A stretch of DNA of 62,407 bases, filler included, from Perkinsus olseni (lineage: Eukaryota), in the NCBI GenBank assembly GCA_013115125.1. It is 17 parts of 17 records of this genome, joined end to end, with 100 filler letters (N's around TTAATTAATTAA, not from the genome) between each part and the next. Parts side by side here need not be neighbours in the genome. Positions count along the whole stretch, not along the records: positions 11,180 to 14,776 come from JABANN010001373.1; positions 14,877 to 18,464 come from JABANN010001374.1; positions 18,565 to 22,148 come from JABANN010001375.1; positions 22,249 to 25,829 come from JABANN010001376.1; positions 25,930 to 29,508 come from JABANN010001377.1; 12 more parts are not named here. One strand, 5' to 3'. Position numbers and translations under genes: made by a program. Shown in pieces: positions 12,137-26,343 of the stretch (position 1 is the stretch's first letter; each line of letters starts with the position of its first letter). The notes beneath the pieces were generated by a model, which was not told where the DNA came from, made no database searches, and worked only from the letters and a program-made list of their open reading frames with translations.

Positions 12137-12883
12137 CTACTTGCAACGCAGAGCAAGCTCGTCTCCCCACGGGATGTCTCTAGCCATATTAGTGTAGCCC
12201 AGAGCATCGTCGGTGAGAGCAGCTGCCAGCTCGAAAGTGTTACTTCGGTGACCAAAAAGTGAGAATTCCGACTCGAAGACAATGGTGATGGCTAGCGGCT
12301 GCATCGTCCTCTGCACATCCCGCAGGCAAGTGTAGGCCGACTCATTGACTCGAGCGAAGGGAACCTTCCCAGTAATGGAGATCTCTCCATCCTCGTACAC
12401 AGCAGTTTTGTCCAACTGCAGGGAGACCAAGTGTCCCCCGAAAGTATATAGTCTCACAGTGGAGATTTCGACTTTCAACCACCGAGGTTTATTTCGGATC
12501 ATCAGGGATAGTGAGAAAGTAGCGTACTTGTCCGAGCCAGGAGGTAGGTGGAAAAAGTCATGAGGCGGGTTATTCAACCATACCGGTGGAGGGCCCATAT
12601 CGAAGCCTCGCATCTCCATCCTCCATCTTGAAATACACCTCTCGATAATGAAATTCTTCGAAACCATGAGGCCCAAGTTGAAGAAGATGTACAAGCCCAT
12701 GCACGTCATAATGAGCGATGTGATCAGGCGAGTCGACTTGTCCACACTGGCTCCAGAACTCGGGAGGCTCTTCAAGGATGATCGTGAATCCGAAACATCT
12801 CCGCTCGCGTAAGCGTCGGCAGCACCGTCGACATCTAGCCGCTCCGAGGCGATCTGGTTCAGTGGTTGTGAAAAGGTGAACAT
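12137..12883 (-). CDS. Hypothetical single-pass membrane protein
   Basis: 248-aa ORF with one hydrophobic helix (LITSLIMTCMGLYIFFNLGLMV) followed by a beta-rich-looking region; 3' end uncertain. Confidence 0.55.
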   Translation of the reverse strand: MFTFSQPLNQIASERLDVDGAADAYASGDVSDSRSSLKSLPSSGASVDKSTRLITSLIMTCMGLYIFFNLGLMVSKNFIIERCISRWRMEMRGFDMGPPPVWLNNPPHDFFHLPPGSDKYATFSLSLMIRNKPRWLKVEISTVRLYTFGGHLVSLQLDKTAVYEDGEISITGKVPFARVNESAYTCLRDVQRTMQPLAITIVFESEFSLFGHRSNTFELAAALTDDALGYTNMARDIPWGDELALRCK

Positions 12884-13335
12884 GAAACAGCAAATGTACC
12901 AACCTGCTCGCGCGATCTCTAGCGGAAATGGCTGGCCTCACGACAGCGCGCAACTGTTGCCTTGAGAATAGCTCCGAGCAGTTTTCTTCGAAGGGACAGC
13001 GCGCGTGCAATGGTGACATGGGCGACTGGTCTCTCTTTTGTAGCTGGGCATCATGCGGACTAAGGCCAACCCGTTCTCAGCGTACAATACTGACCCTGTC
13101 GTTCTTACTCTATGCTTTGAGGAGCTGAGAATGGCTATCCTGCCACCTTCCCGGTATCTGTAACGAGTGCAGCCGCGCTGTTAGCTCCTAGCGTCACATA
13201 GCTGCACGCATACATTAAGAGCTCTCTGCTCCTTGTGGTGGCTTCGTGTTGAGAACCGATACCGATAGCAACCTCACGCAGAAGGAATTCAAGCGTGAGC
13301 GAAATCGAAAAAGTTGCGGTAGTTCAATAGAGTTC

Positions 13336-13748
13336 AAAGCCTCGCATCCCCATCCTCCATCTTGAAATATTCTCCTCGGTGATAATATTCTTCGAAGCCA
13401 TGAGCCTAAAGTCGAAGAAGATGCCGGTGCGCGTCACAATGAGCGACATGATGAGGCGAGTCGTCTCGTCCATACAGGCTGCAGATCTTAGTTGGCTCCT
13501 CAAAAATTATAGTGAGTTTGAAACATCTCCGCTAGCATGAGCATCGACGCCGCCGCCAGCTCTTAGACGCTCCGGGGCGATCCGGCGAAGGGATTGTGGA
13601 AAGGTAGAGATGAAACAGGAAGTTTCACGTCAGTCTCCGGCGATGTGATCATCAATACACCACACACTTACGCGCCGATACACATGGTGCCTCGGAAAGG
13701 GCTCCGAGCACAAGCCTTCGAGGTGACAGCATGCGTGCAGTGGTGACC
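13336..13748 (-). pseudogene. Diverged partial tandem copy of the 5' part of the 12137-12883 gene
   Basis: Colinear similarity to 12602-13018 (aagcctcgcatc(t/c)ccatcctccatcttgaaata; gaaacatctccgct; gcgtgca(a/g)tggtgac) with indels. Confidence 0.75.
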
Positions 13749-14269
13749 CGAGCGGCTGCAGTTATCGGCGGTTGTTTGCATGTAGGCAACGTCATTTCGA
13801 TTGTCACAATCGACACAATCGGATTGTGTCGATGAAACTCAGTGTAAGCCTAGCGTCCTTACGCGCTATCGACTGTCTGAAGCAGAGAAGGGCTGTCTTT
13901 ATCCCTTTGATTGTAGTTGCCCTGATTGAAACTGTCCTTAATAACGAGCAATACATGATTTAAAACCACGTCCTCCTGCTCAGAAAGCTTCGGTCATCTT
14001 CTTCAGCGCCGCTTTTTTCGTCCCAGCTGCCGGTAGATACTCCTCCAGCCTTGGTCCCAGCTGCTGTCACTGATTTTTCTAGCAAAAACCCGATGGTGGG
14101 CCTCGTGAAACCGAGGCGGAAAAACGAAGAGTTGCGCCTAGCCGGCACTAGAATAAGCCCCTGCGAGCATCGAGATACTGCATGAGGGCCAGACAGAGTT
14201 GATTAAAGGACTTGCGTCGCTTCAAATCAACAATAATTTATATAAATGGTGAGGGACACCAACTTTAAC

Positions 14270-14776
14270 CCTCTTCCTAGCCTGCTCTAGGAGCGCACAG
14301 CAGGGGAGGAAGTGCCTGCTATTCCCTACCGGCGCCCCACAGTCACATTCTGGCGAGCTGATTACCCCACATCTATAGAGATGGGCCGGGGTTGGGGGAA
14401 CACAACGGCACTGCTAGCTGCCGTCAGTTCGCCACGAATCCACAGACGAGCCTGTGAAGCGCAGTGAAAGGAGTCATTGACAGACGTGCCAAGGCTGGCT
14501 CTCTTGTCTGACCACCACTTGCGTAGTGACAGACGATTAGGTTCTCCTTGGTATCGCCAAAGGGTCCTCATGCTGATTTCTGTCTCCCCAGAGACGTCCC
14601 TCATGGAGGCACCCAGCTCGTCGGCCCGTTCATTGGCACTGATAGAACTGTGCCCTGGCACCCACCGAAGGAACACCCTGCCGGGGATCTCGGACGAAGA
14701 CAGATACAGTGCGAACCAAACCGTTATGCAAATCACCATTTCTGAGGTAACTTGCTCAATAAGAAGAGTTTATCAA
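14270..14776 (-). mobile_element. Non-LTR retrotransposon 3' fragment: RNase H and C-terminal CCHC
   Basis: VFLRWVPGHSSISANERADELG (LINE RNase H motif) and a downstream PECDCGAPVGNSRHFL zinc-knuckle-like motif; frameshifted. Confidence 0.85.
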
Positions 14777-16746
14777 NNNNNNNNNNNNNNNNNNNNNNNN
14801 NNNNNNNNNNNNNNNNNNNNTTAATTAATTAANNNNNNNNNNNNNNNNNNNNNNNNNNNNNNNNNNNNNNNNNNNNTCTCATGTCACTTACACGCTGGGA
14901 AGATTTCTTCTTATCAAGCCGTTGGCCTCCCCTCAAGCTTTGAACAGCCTAACCTCAGAGTTGGTCGCCGCCACCGCCGGCGAGGATGCTGTGGTGAAGC
15001 ATCGGGAGTACAGCATCGAGGAGGCGCTGACCCTCATCATTGTGGCGAGAGCTCCAACTCGGGTAACGAGAAAGAAAAGACGGGGGCCTGCGATTTGGAC
15101 GGTACATCGCTCCGCCGGATGCTCCTTTTTTCTTGTCGAGTTGAAGAACCAATTTGTGGCAGAATCCGGACCCGCCGATAGACTGTACTCGACACTAGAG
15201 GGTTGGCCTTCCCCCCTTCGCACTCACTGTCGATCAGGCGGTGCCACCGTCCCAACCGGTGTCTCGCCTGTCCGGTGCAGCAGTTGTGGCGGAATACGTG
15301 AGAGCGTTTGATGAGGGGTTCACTGAGGCTGTGCGAGGCTCACTGTGGGAGCTGACACTGCAAGTTAGGAAGAGGGCTCCGGCCCGGTACGAGAGAAGGA
15401 CATGAACGATTCGACTACTACAGTCCTTCAGGTGGCGATACATCGATCGACCGAAACCTGAGGAGCGAGAGCGGCCCACCTCAGGGGACGGGCCCCCGGC
15501 GAACCTTCCCAGATCGTTGCGGCGTGGCTTTCCCGCTGCTTCCTCGGCGACCATTAAGAAGACGTCGAAAAAAGATGAGAACGCGTCATGGGGAGAATGG
15601 TCGTTGCCTTCATGGTTGAACTGGGAAGGTCAAACTTATGTGCGTCTTGTTGGGTTGGCCGGCTGGGCCATCGAGTTGGGGATGCAGAGAACGAACAGCA
15701 ACGAGCGAATTGAATTCTGTGCAGCGAGTGCGAGGGAAGATCGCCGAACAGTTCATACATCATCTGACTTGACCCCTCCGTGGGTGTTACTCCGATCGTC
15801 TCAAGCACGAAGGCATAGCTTATTCCCTTTGAGAAAGCAAGGTCAGAAGGCAACGAAATATAGACACTTTACACTCCTTCCCGTCTCGAGTAGACTATTG
15901 GTAACGACCGAAAAACAGAGGATGACAGTGTCAACTCGGATTGGGCCAGTAGGGAATAGCAAGAAAAACTCTGTCGTCTCCTCCGACCATCGGTTTTGAC
16001 CGCGGTGAGTCTGTGGGAGAATCCGAAGGACTGTAACAATAACTCTACAGTAGGATGCTTCTACTTGTGCGTATGCAGTCCTCTCTGCGGAACCCCCATC
16101 GATCATATGGGCTTGCTTGTGTCCTGTCTCCCACGCGTTGTGCGGACCTCTGGCTCCTGGTCGCTCTCATAGTGAACCCAACATCTTGGTGATGTAGCTT
16201 GCGGTAGTGATAATAACAAAGGGATCAACAAAAGGTATTGCACCAATCTAGCTTGTACTTGCGTTCTACGGCTGATGTAAAATGCTGATGAGAATCAGAA
16301 GGTAACAACTTGGTACCATACTGAGTCCGCGCACAGCAACAGGCGTGTGTATAAACGACGGGAGAGGCTGCTCACGTTGTTTTGGATAGTTGCTCTATGA
16401 GACTGACTCTGTTCCAAGGCTATTTGAGACTGCAATCGATGGGTTGTCATTGACAGCTTGCCAAACCGGAGTCCGGTTACTCGAGAGACGCTGATTGATG
16501 ATAAGATTCAATCGCAATGAGAACGCGAGAACGCACACTCACGCACGCGAGCGCAAGGCACACAACGAAGCCAGGCGGTTATCTGAGATTAACGATACGC
16601 AGGTGAGGGCAACGATGACAATCTATCAGCTGAACAGTACTGAATAAGGCTGTGGCTTCCACATAGCGGATGCTCGTCACTATAGTTTATCCGAGTGTGC
16701 GGAGCGTCTTGCTCGAGCGAAGTCGTTCCTCCTCAGTGGCTTTGTG

Positions 16747-16843
16747 ATGATGATACGCTCGCTCTGCACCCTCATCTGCGTCTTGGTAGTGGTGTGGTCA
16801 AGATCCCTCGAGAGGTTTCCGTCATCTGACTACTGCATGGACG
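16747..16843 (+). CDS. Start of a secreted protein cut by an assembly gap; likely paralogue of the next gene
   Basis: Signal-peptide-like MMIRSLCTLICVLVVVWS followed by PSSDYC, matching the PxxxYC motif of the neighbour. Confidence 0.45.
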
Positions 16844-17055
16844 NNNNNNNNNNNNNNNNNNNNNNNNNNNNNNNNNNNNNNNNNNNNNNNNNNNNNNNNN
16901 NNNNNNNNNNNNNNNNNNNNNNNNNNNNNNNNNNNNNNNNNCGGACAACTTTTTTTACTTTTTACCATCACCGATTTCACGCTTATTAAATGTGCTTGCG
17001 TGCCGCTTCCCAAAGGGTTCCACTTTACGTCGTCAGGCAGCTACACCAGCCGGTC

Positions 17056-17844
17056 ATGGCTGTTTTCAACTCCATTCTATGGCAGGTCGTCGTCCTCGGC
17101 GTTGCATATCCAAGCATGGCGGTCGTGTGCAATTCCGCCAGACCCGAGTGGTATTATTGCGCGGAGAATGACTGGACCCACGTCAACAAGCTCTTCTTCT
17201 CGCCCAACGGTAACGGCAACTGCGGCTCCATGAGAGCCTTCTTCTACGACTCGGCCAAAGGGCAGATGACTTTTTATTCGCCCTACCGAATGGACGACGC
17301 TGGCTTCGTTTCTTTCGGTGATGGCAGACCAGGGAAGTCCATCAACGACACTCACAGGTTCCCTTACATTCATGCCGATTACACGCTCCAATACAACGCT
17401 GAGGCGAACTCTATCACAATGAGCAATTCTACAGGTCGAATCTTCCGCTATACTCCGCAGGCCTGCCAGTGGGGGTCTCGTCTCGGTGTCCCGAGGGCGT
17501 CTTTGACCGAGACGAAGGAAGGCCCTCCCCCGCTGTACCCCTACCGGCAGTATTGTGGTGACACGATGTGTATCACCATTGGAATATCTTTCGGCCAGTG
17601 GATTATCCGGGGCTTCATTTTCACAGAAGGATTGAAGAACACACCGTGTTGGCATTGGGTGACAATTTGGGCGGCTTTTGATGTCACCAGTAAAGCAGTG
17701 AATATCACCGGCCCGTACACTTCCTTCCACTTCACTTTCGTGCGGTTGAACAATTCTGTGGTGAAGGTGGAGCCCCATCACAGCGAGGAGAGTGCTACTC
17801 TCTTGTACGGCTACAAGGCTCTACCATACACATGCCCTCCTTGA
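17056..17844 (+). CDS. Secreted two-domain hypothetical protein
   Basis: Signal-peptide-like MAVFNSILWQVVVLGVAYPSMA; two ~110-aa units each opening with PxxxYC and closing with Cys. Confidence 0.75.
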   Translation: MAVFNSILWQVVVLGVAYPSMAVVCNSARPEWYYCAENDWTHVNKLFFSPNGNGNCGSMRAFFYDSAKGQMTFYSPYRMDDAGFVSFGDGRPGKSINDTHRFPYIHADYTLQYNAEANSITMSNSTGRIFRYTPQACQWGSRLGVPRASLTETKEGPPPLYPYRQYCGDTMCITIGISFGQWIIRGFIFTEGLKNTPCWHWVTIWAAFDVTSKAVNITGPYTSFHFTFVRLNNSVVKVEPHHSEESATLLYGYKALPYTCPP

Positions 17845-18564
17845 GACAGGCGAGCATCTTCATCAGCCCAACATTTTGATTCTTCATTCGATAACAATCA
17901 AGTTTACTGTTTCGGCAACTTGTGTTTACTCCAGTTTCAACCCTACTCCCTCGGGCCAATCAACACGACGTCTCTCGAGTCCCCTTGATTGGGTCTGTTG
18001 CAGAGGACAGCTTCCCACTTCTCGCCTAGAGCTCGTCAGAGGTCATCAATCCGAGCTGCCTTCCTGTCACCCATCAGCTCGTCCGCTTGGTTGAACTTGT
18101 CTCTTACGAGACCTTCGTGAGCAACAATCCTATTTTGCCATCGGTCAACTCGACAACAACAGTAGTTTACGAAAAGACACTGTACTTGACTACGACAAAT
18201 GATTGAATTTAAATGAAAGCGTAGGCCTCCGAGAACTTCTCATTTTTCTAGCTTGACTCTCCTCGCTCGGTTCTCCACGGGCTGCTTGCTGGGCGTCTCG
18301 TAGCTCGGCGTGATCAACGAAAATACTCGCTTCCTGAGCACACGAAAATTCCTCGCGAACAACCGACAGAAGTCGCTGGAGACGAGCGCACTGCAAAGAA
18401 TATCCTTACAGCTGAGCACGATTCGAAGGCAACTTCTTCTGAGTGTTACATCTCGGCGTGGGCGNNNNNNNNNNNNNNNNNNNNNNNNNNNNNNNNNNNN
18501 NNNNNNNNTTAATTAATTAANNNNNNNNNNNNNNNNNNNNNNNNNNNNNNNNNNNNNNNNNNNN

Positions 18565-22148
<3,584 letters not shown>

Positions 22149-22990
22149 NNNNNNNNNNNNNNNNNNNNNNNNNNNNNNNNNNNNNNNNNNNNTTAATTAA
22201 TTAANNNNNNNNNNNNNNNNNNNNNNNNNNNNNNNNNNNNNNNNNNNNGTGGCTAACTACACTCTGTACTCTTTTAATATGGCACCTCCGGTTGTGTTGC
22301 TTCATGGCAAGGATATGACAGTGGAACGTGCACCATTTTGTTAGCGGAGCGATACTTTGCGGCGTCACCTACTATCGCTGGCGCACCTTCATATGGTTCA
22401 ACTGGCATTAAGCTGGTCGGAGGACTAGTCGCTCCGAGTGGATTGAGCTTTAGAAGGTAGTGAGTTTCCGATGATACAAGGGATGATTCCAATTTTCACG
22501 TCTCTGGGTGGATACCATTACCTATCGTCAATCCTCGTGAATTGGTTTTCACAGTAAGCCTTCGTGAGGGGAGGATGGCGGAATCCGATCAACGAATGGC
22601 AACAAGGTGATTGTTGTATTCCAGCTGCTTTGGAGAGCCCCTGAGACCCGTATCGCATCGAACCTTTCTTCGTTGCTGAGTTGTTTTTGGGTGTTGAGAC
22701 GTTCCGAGCTAGCAATAACCATTCATATCGCACTCGTCGCATGGAAGGTTATCGAAGGTCATTAAACTCTACCGGACTCTCGTCTTCGCTGTCGAGTTAG
22801 CTTGTGAATGCTTCTAGCTGAAGGAGAACGCTGGTTCTAGCGCTACCCCTTAAAACACTTTTCGAGTGATTCAAAACCATGACTAGCGTTTCGAAGGGGT
22901 TGGCTATGCTGTCCATGATGTGGAGTATTCCCCACAGCATCTGTCCATCGCATTTTTCTGTAGTTTTTTCCCTTCGCTTTGCCGCTGAGC

Positions 22991-24373
22991 ATGGCCGCCG
23001 TCGCCGCTGTCGAGACCGAAGTCTGTAGTTCAGCTGAGAAAGTGGATGCAGACTCCAATCCACCTGTAGAGTCGAAGCCGTCTTCGGAATCCGCGTTTCG
23101 GCGTATCTTTCGAAGTGGCCATATTATTGCTCCTGATGGACGGTTTAGTGCCGTTTTTAACCTGGCAGCAGCTACTCTCGGTGCTGGTGCCTTGGCAGTA
23201 CCCATTTCTATTCTAAACGCAGGCATCCTTGGCGGCCTCCTCCTGTTGTTTGCTATGGGAACACTATCTCTTTTATCGATAGCGATGATAACGCAAGCTT
23301 GTCATGCGACTGGCAAGCCGTCCTATGAGGAGCTGCTGGAGCATCTGTTCGGCAAACGCGTTGGTTACGTCTTCGACTTGGTCATGGTACTCTTCTGCTT
23401 CGGCACCTGCGTTACCTACATGATCACTCTGTTTGACATCCTCTCACCCGTGTTGATCCACATCATTGGTTCTGACCCTGACAACTGGTTCCTGGCTCTG
23501 TGGGTGCATCGTATACCATTCACGGCGATATTGGCGATTGTGGTCCTCCTGCCGTTATCATTGCGAGAGCATATAAGCGAGATCCGTTATGTTACTTTCT
23601 TGGGTGTCCTCGGCGTATGTTTCCTGTCTTTAACCTCAGTCTATGTTTTAGGCCGCTACGGTGTGTCTGACGAGGTCCCGTCTAATATGGTGTCCCCAGT
23701 GAATGGCTGGACCAGCATGATGGCGGCTATCAATACGTATACGTTTGCCTACTGTAATCAACCCAATGTTCCAGAGGTTTACATCCAGGTCCGTGACCCT
23801 ACCCCTCGGCGTTTTCTCCCGGTCGTCGCATGGACGATTTTCATTTGCTTTTCTGTCTATGCCACCATCGGTGTTATGTGCTTCTTCGCCTTTGGTATGA
23901 ATCTAGAGTCCTCGGTCATCGTCAATATGGGTCAGTATATTTCCCAAGGGGATGTGATGGTCTGCATGGCTTTCGCTCTTATGTGTATTACAGTGGTGGG
24001 TGCCTTCCCTCTCGTGGTCTACCCTCAGAGGAGCTCCATCGTCCATGCCATCTCGGCCGTCGTGCCACCAAAGACGTCCTTTAGAAGGCGCGTTTACGGC
24101 TGGATAGTGGTGGTACTTATCATTGGCCTATCCTATGCCGTGGCCATCGCATTACCCGATGTTAATGTTATGTTGGGATTGGTTGGATCCTTGACCGGTT
24201 CAATTGTTACATTTTATTCGCCGGCCGCCTTCATATTGAAGATATCCAAGAAGCCCCTCCTCACCTTTGACGTTGAGCATATCGTATGTTACGTATTGAT
24301 AGCCGTTGGAACACTCGCCTTCGTGCTGGGGACCTACGCCTCAGTTCAAGGTGTTATCGATTACTATAACTAG
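22991..24373 (+). CDS. Amino acid/auxin permease (AAAP, Aa_trans) family transporter, intronless
   Basis: ~11 hydrophobic segments; AVFNLAAATLGAGALAVP, SYEEL, FAYCNQPNV, GLVGSLTG motifs. Confidence 0.95.
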   Translation: MAAVAAVETEVCSSAEKVDADSNPPVESKPSSESAFRRIFRSGHIIAPDGRFSAVFNLAAATLGAGALAVPISILNAGILGGLLLLFAMGTLSLLSIAMITQACHATGKPSYEELLEHLFGKRVGYVFDLVMVLFCFGTCVTYMITLFDILSPVLIHIIGSDPDNWFLALWVHRIPFTAILAIVVLLPLSLREHISEIRYVTFLGVLGVCFLSLTSVYVLGRYGVSDEVPSNMVSPVNGWTSMMAAINTYTFAYCNQPNVPEVYIQVRDPTPRRFLPVVAWTIFICFSVYATIGVMCFFAFGMNLESSVIVNMGQYISQGDVMVCMAFALMCITVVGAFPLVVYPQRSSIVHAISAVVPPKTSFRRRVYGWIVVVLIIGLSYAVAIALPDVNVMLGLVGSLTGSIVTFYSPAAFILKISKKPLLTFDVEHIVCYVLIAVGTLAFVLGTYASVQGVIDYYN

Positions 24374-25929
24374 GCCCTTGTCAGCCGTTAAGGCAATTCT
24401 TTGAGAGGTGGTGGTGGTTCTGTTCTACGCCGTTGTTGATTGTCTGATGACACCTTCAGGGCTATGCTCAAATAAGAATGTTTTTACCAGCAACAATATG
24501 GCTTCTCATACTACCACTGTTCTCCTCGTACCATTCGTCGTCGTAGCAGCTCTAACACTATTCCTTCATTCTCCCGTTCTGGTGTGGGTTAGCGAGGAGA
24601 CCGAGATTCGTTTGATGACTTTTCTACAGATTTTGCCTTCATTTCTGCACTCGATAGGACACCTGGCTAGATTTATCTTTTTGGGTGTACTCTGGTGTCG
24701 ATTGACGATAAGAGTTAACTGACAAGAGAATCGTTTTATGCTTGTCATGGTGTTGATTTATCTAGCTGCCTTGGATAAGGGCCAAGGAGGATGGAAGGCC
24801 CCAATCGGGAGAAGCCTTCGAGCTCCGATCGGAGCCTTGACTACTTCTACGTCGACCCGTACGCAGAAGTCCCTATCTCGGTGTTTCTATCACCTTCGAC
24901 TTTTCATCTGGCATGTTCGTCCGGCCCTCTTCACGAGACGAGACATGAAGTTCAACCATGAAGCTTCGTCTCTTTTCTTCACGCAGTCTTTGTTCTTCTA
25001 CTTCCTTCAGCTAGGAGCTCCTAAAATTTCTCTATATCGAGTTTCTGAGTCCTCACGCTTTCGTTCAGGCTCGTCTTAATTGGCATTCCTCATAACATGA
25101 ACAACTCAGATAAATCACGAAGCTCCAAGGCCGTCAGTGATCACAGCTGGTCTCATTTCGCTGGCTACCTCGGCTTGCTTGCCTTCTCCCATTCCATTGT
25201 AAGGTGAACTCTGTCCAATCATCGGTATGGTTGTCTCTTTATAGGTGCTCTACTTGGCGACTTCCATTCGTCTGTATGGTGGGCATGTGTTCAACCCCAT
25301 GAGCCTGTGGTTGGATGGTGGATGGTCTGTGCTAGTCGACGACGTGAAGGAACACTTCGTCGAGGCATTCGTCTGGTAATAGGGACGGAAGACCATGGTC
25401 GCTCTTGCAGCGTGTTGGTGTTTGTCGTCTCAGACGACGAAAGTTTTCTGACCTATACTCCGTACGATTGATCACCGTGCTGTGTCGTAGGTACGCTAGC
25501 TTCATCGCATATGAAATGCTGCTTGCCCTGATCCTACCGGGAGTCGTCGTCAAGGGCCTGGCTCTTGCTAATGGAGAACATCTAGTGTATAATTGTAATG
25601 CACTAGCTGCATGGTAAGAGCCGTTCAGAGGAGGCTTCCTCCGATTAACAAGCTTTCAGGTATGTTACGCTCATTACTGTAGCTGCTTTACAACTTTCCG
25701 GCATCTGGTCCATCAGCCGTTTGACCGACTATTATTACTCTCTGGTTCTCGTCACGATGCTAGCTGCTGACCTCACAGCCGTTTACATGTGGTTGACGGG
25801 GTAAGCATGCCTGATGAGTTGGTGTCGGANNNNNNNNNNNNNNNNNNNNNNNNNNNNNNNNNNNNNNNNNNNNTTAATTAATTAANNNNNNNNNNNNNNN
25901 NNNNNNNNNNNNNNNNNNNNNNNNNNNNN

Positions 25930-26269
25930 AGCTGTGGCTATTGGACTACGAGGCAACAGCAATGCACAGAACGAGTAAGTCCAATACCAAACAAAACCCC
26001 CAAACCCCACAGAGATCATCGGTAGGGCTATGTGGTACTCGGTAGAACCCGTAACTCTTGATAACGTAACACTCAAGACAGATAGAGATAATAGATTGGT
26101 TCCCGAACGGACTGGGGATGGACCAATTGATAGTCTCGAGAGACAATCGTATACTTATTAATGAAACTACGCGTTCTCATCTAGCTCAGCTCAGCTCAGG
26201 GTCGTGCAATCGGGACAGTCATGCAGCGACGGGACAGAACCTGTGACGACGGAATAATAGGTTATCACA
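25930..26269 (-). repeat. 3' LTR (partial) of the BEL/Pao element
   Basis: Starts TGTGA immediately after a polypurine tract downstream of the pol stop codon. Confidence 0.8.
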
Positions 26270-26283
26270 TCCTCCCCCCCTCT
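26270..26283 (-). promoter_or_regulatory. Polypurine tract AGAGGGGGGGAGGA
   Basis: Pure purine run between the integrase stop (26344) and TG. Confidence 0.85.
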
Positions 26284-26343
26284 ATAAAAATAAAATAATG
26301 ACGACCCAGCAGTATCAGCAGCTAAGAGGAAAAAAGGGGGGGC

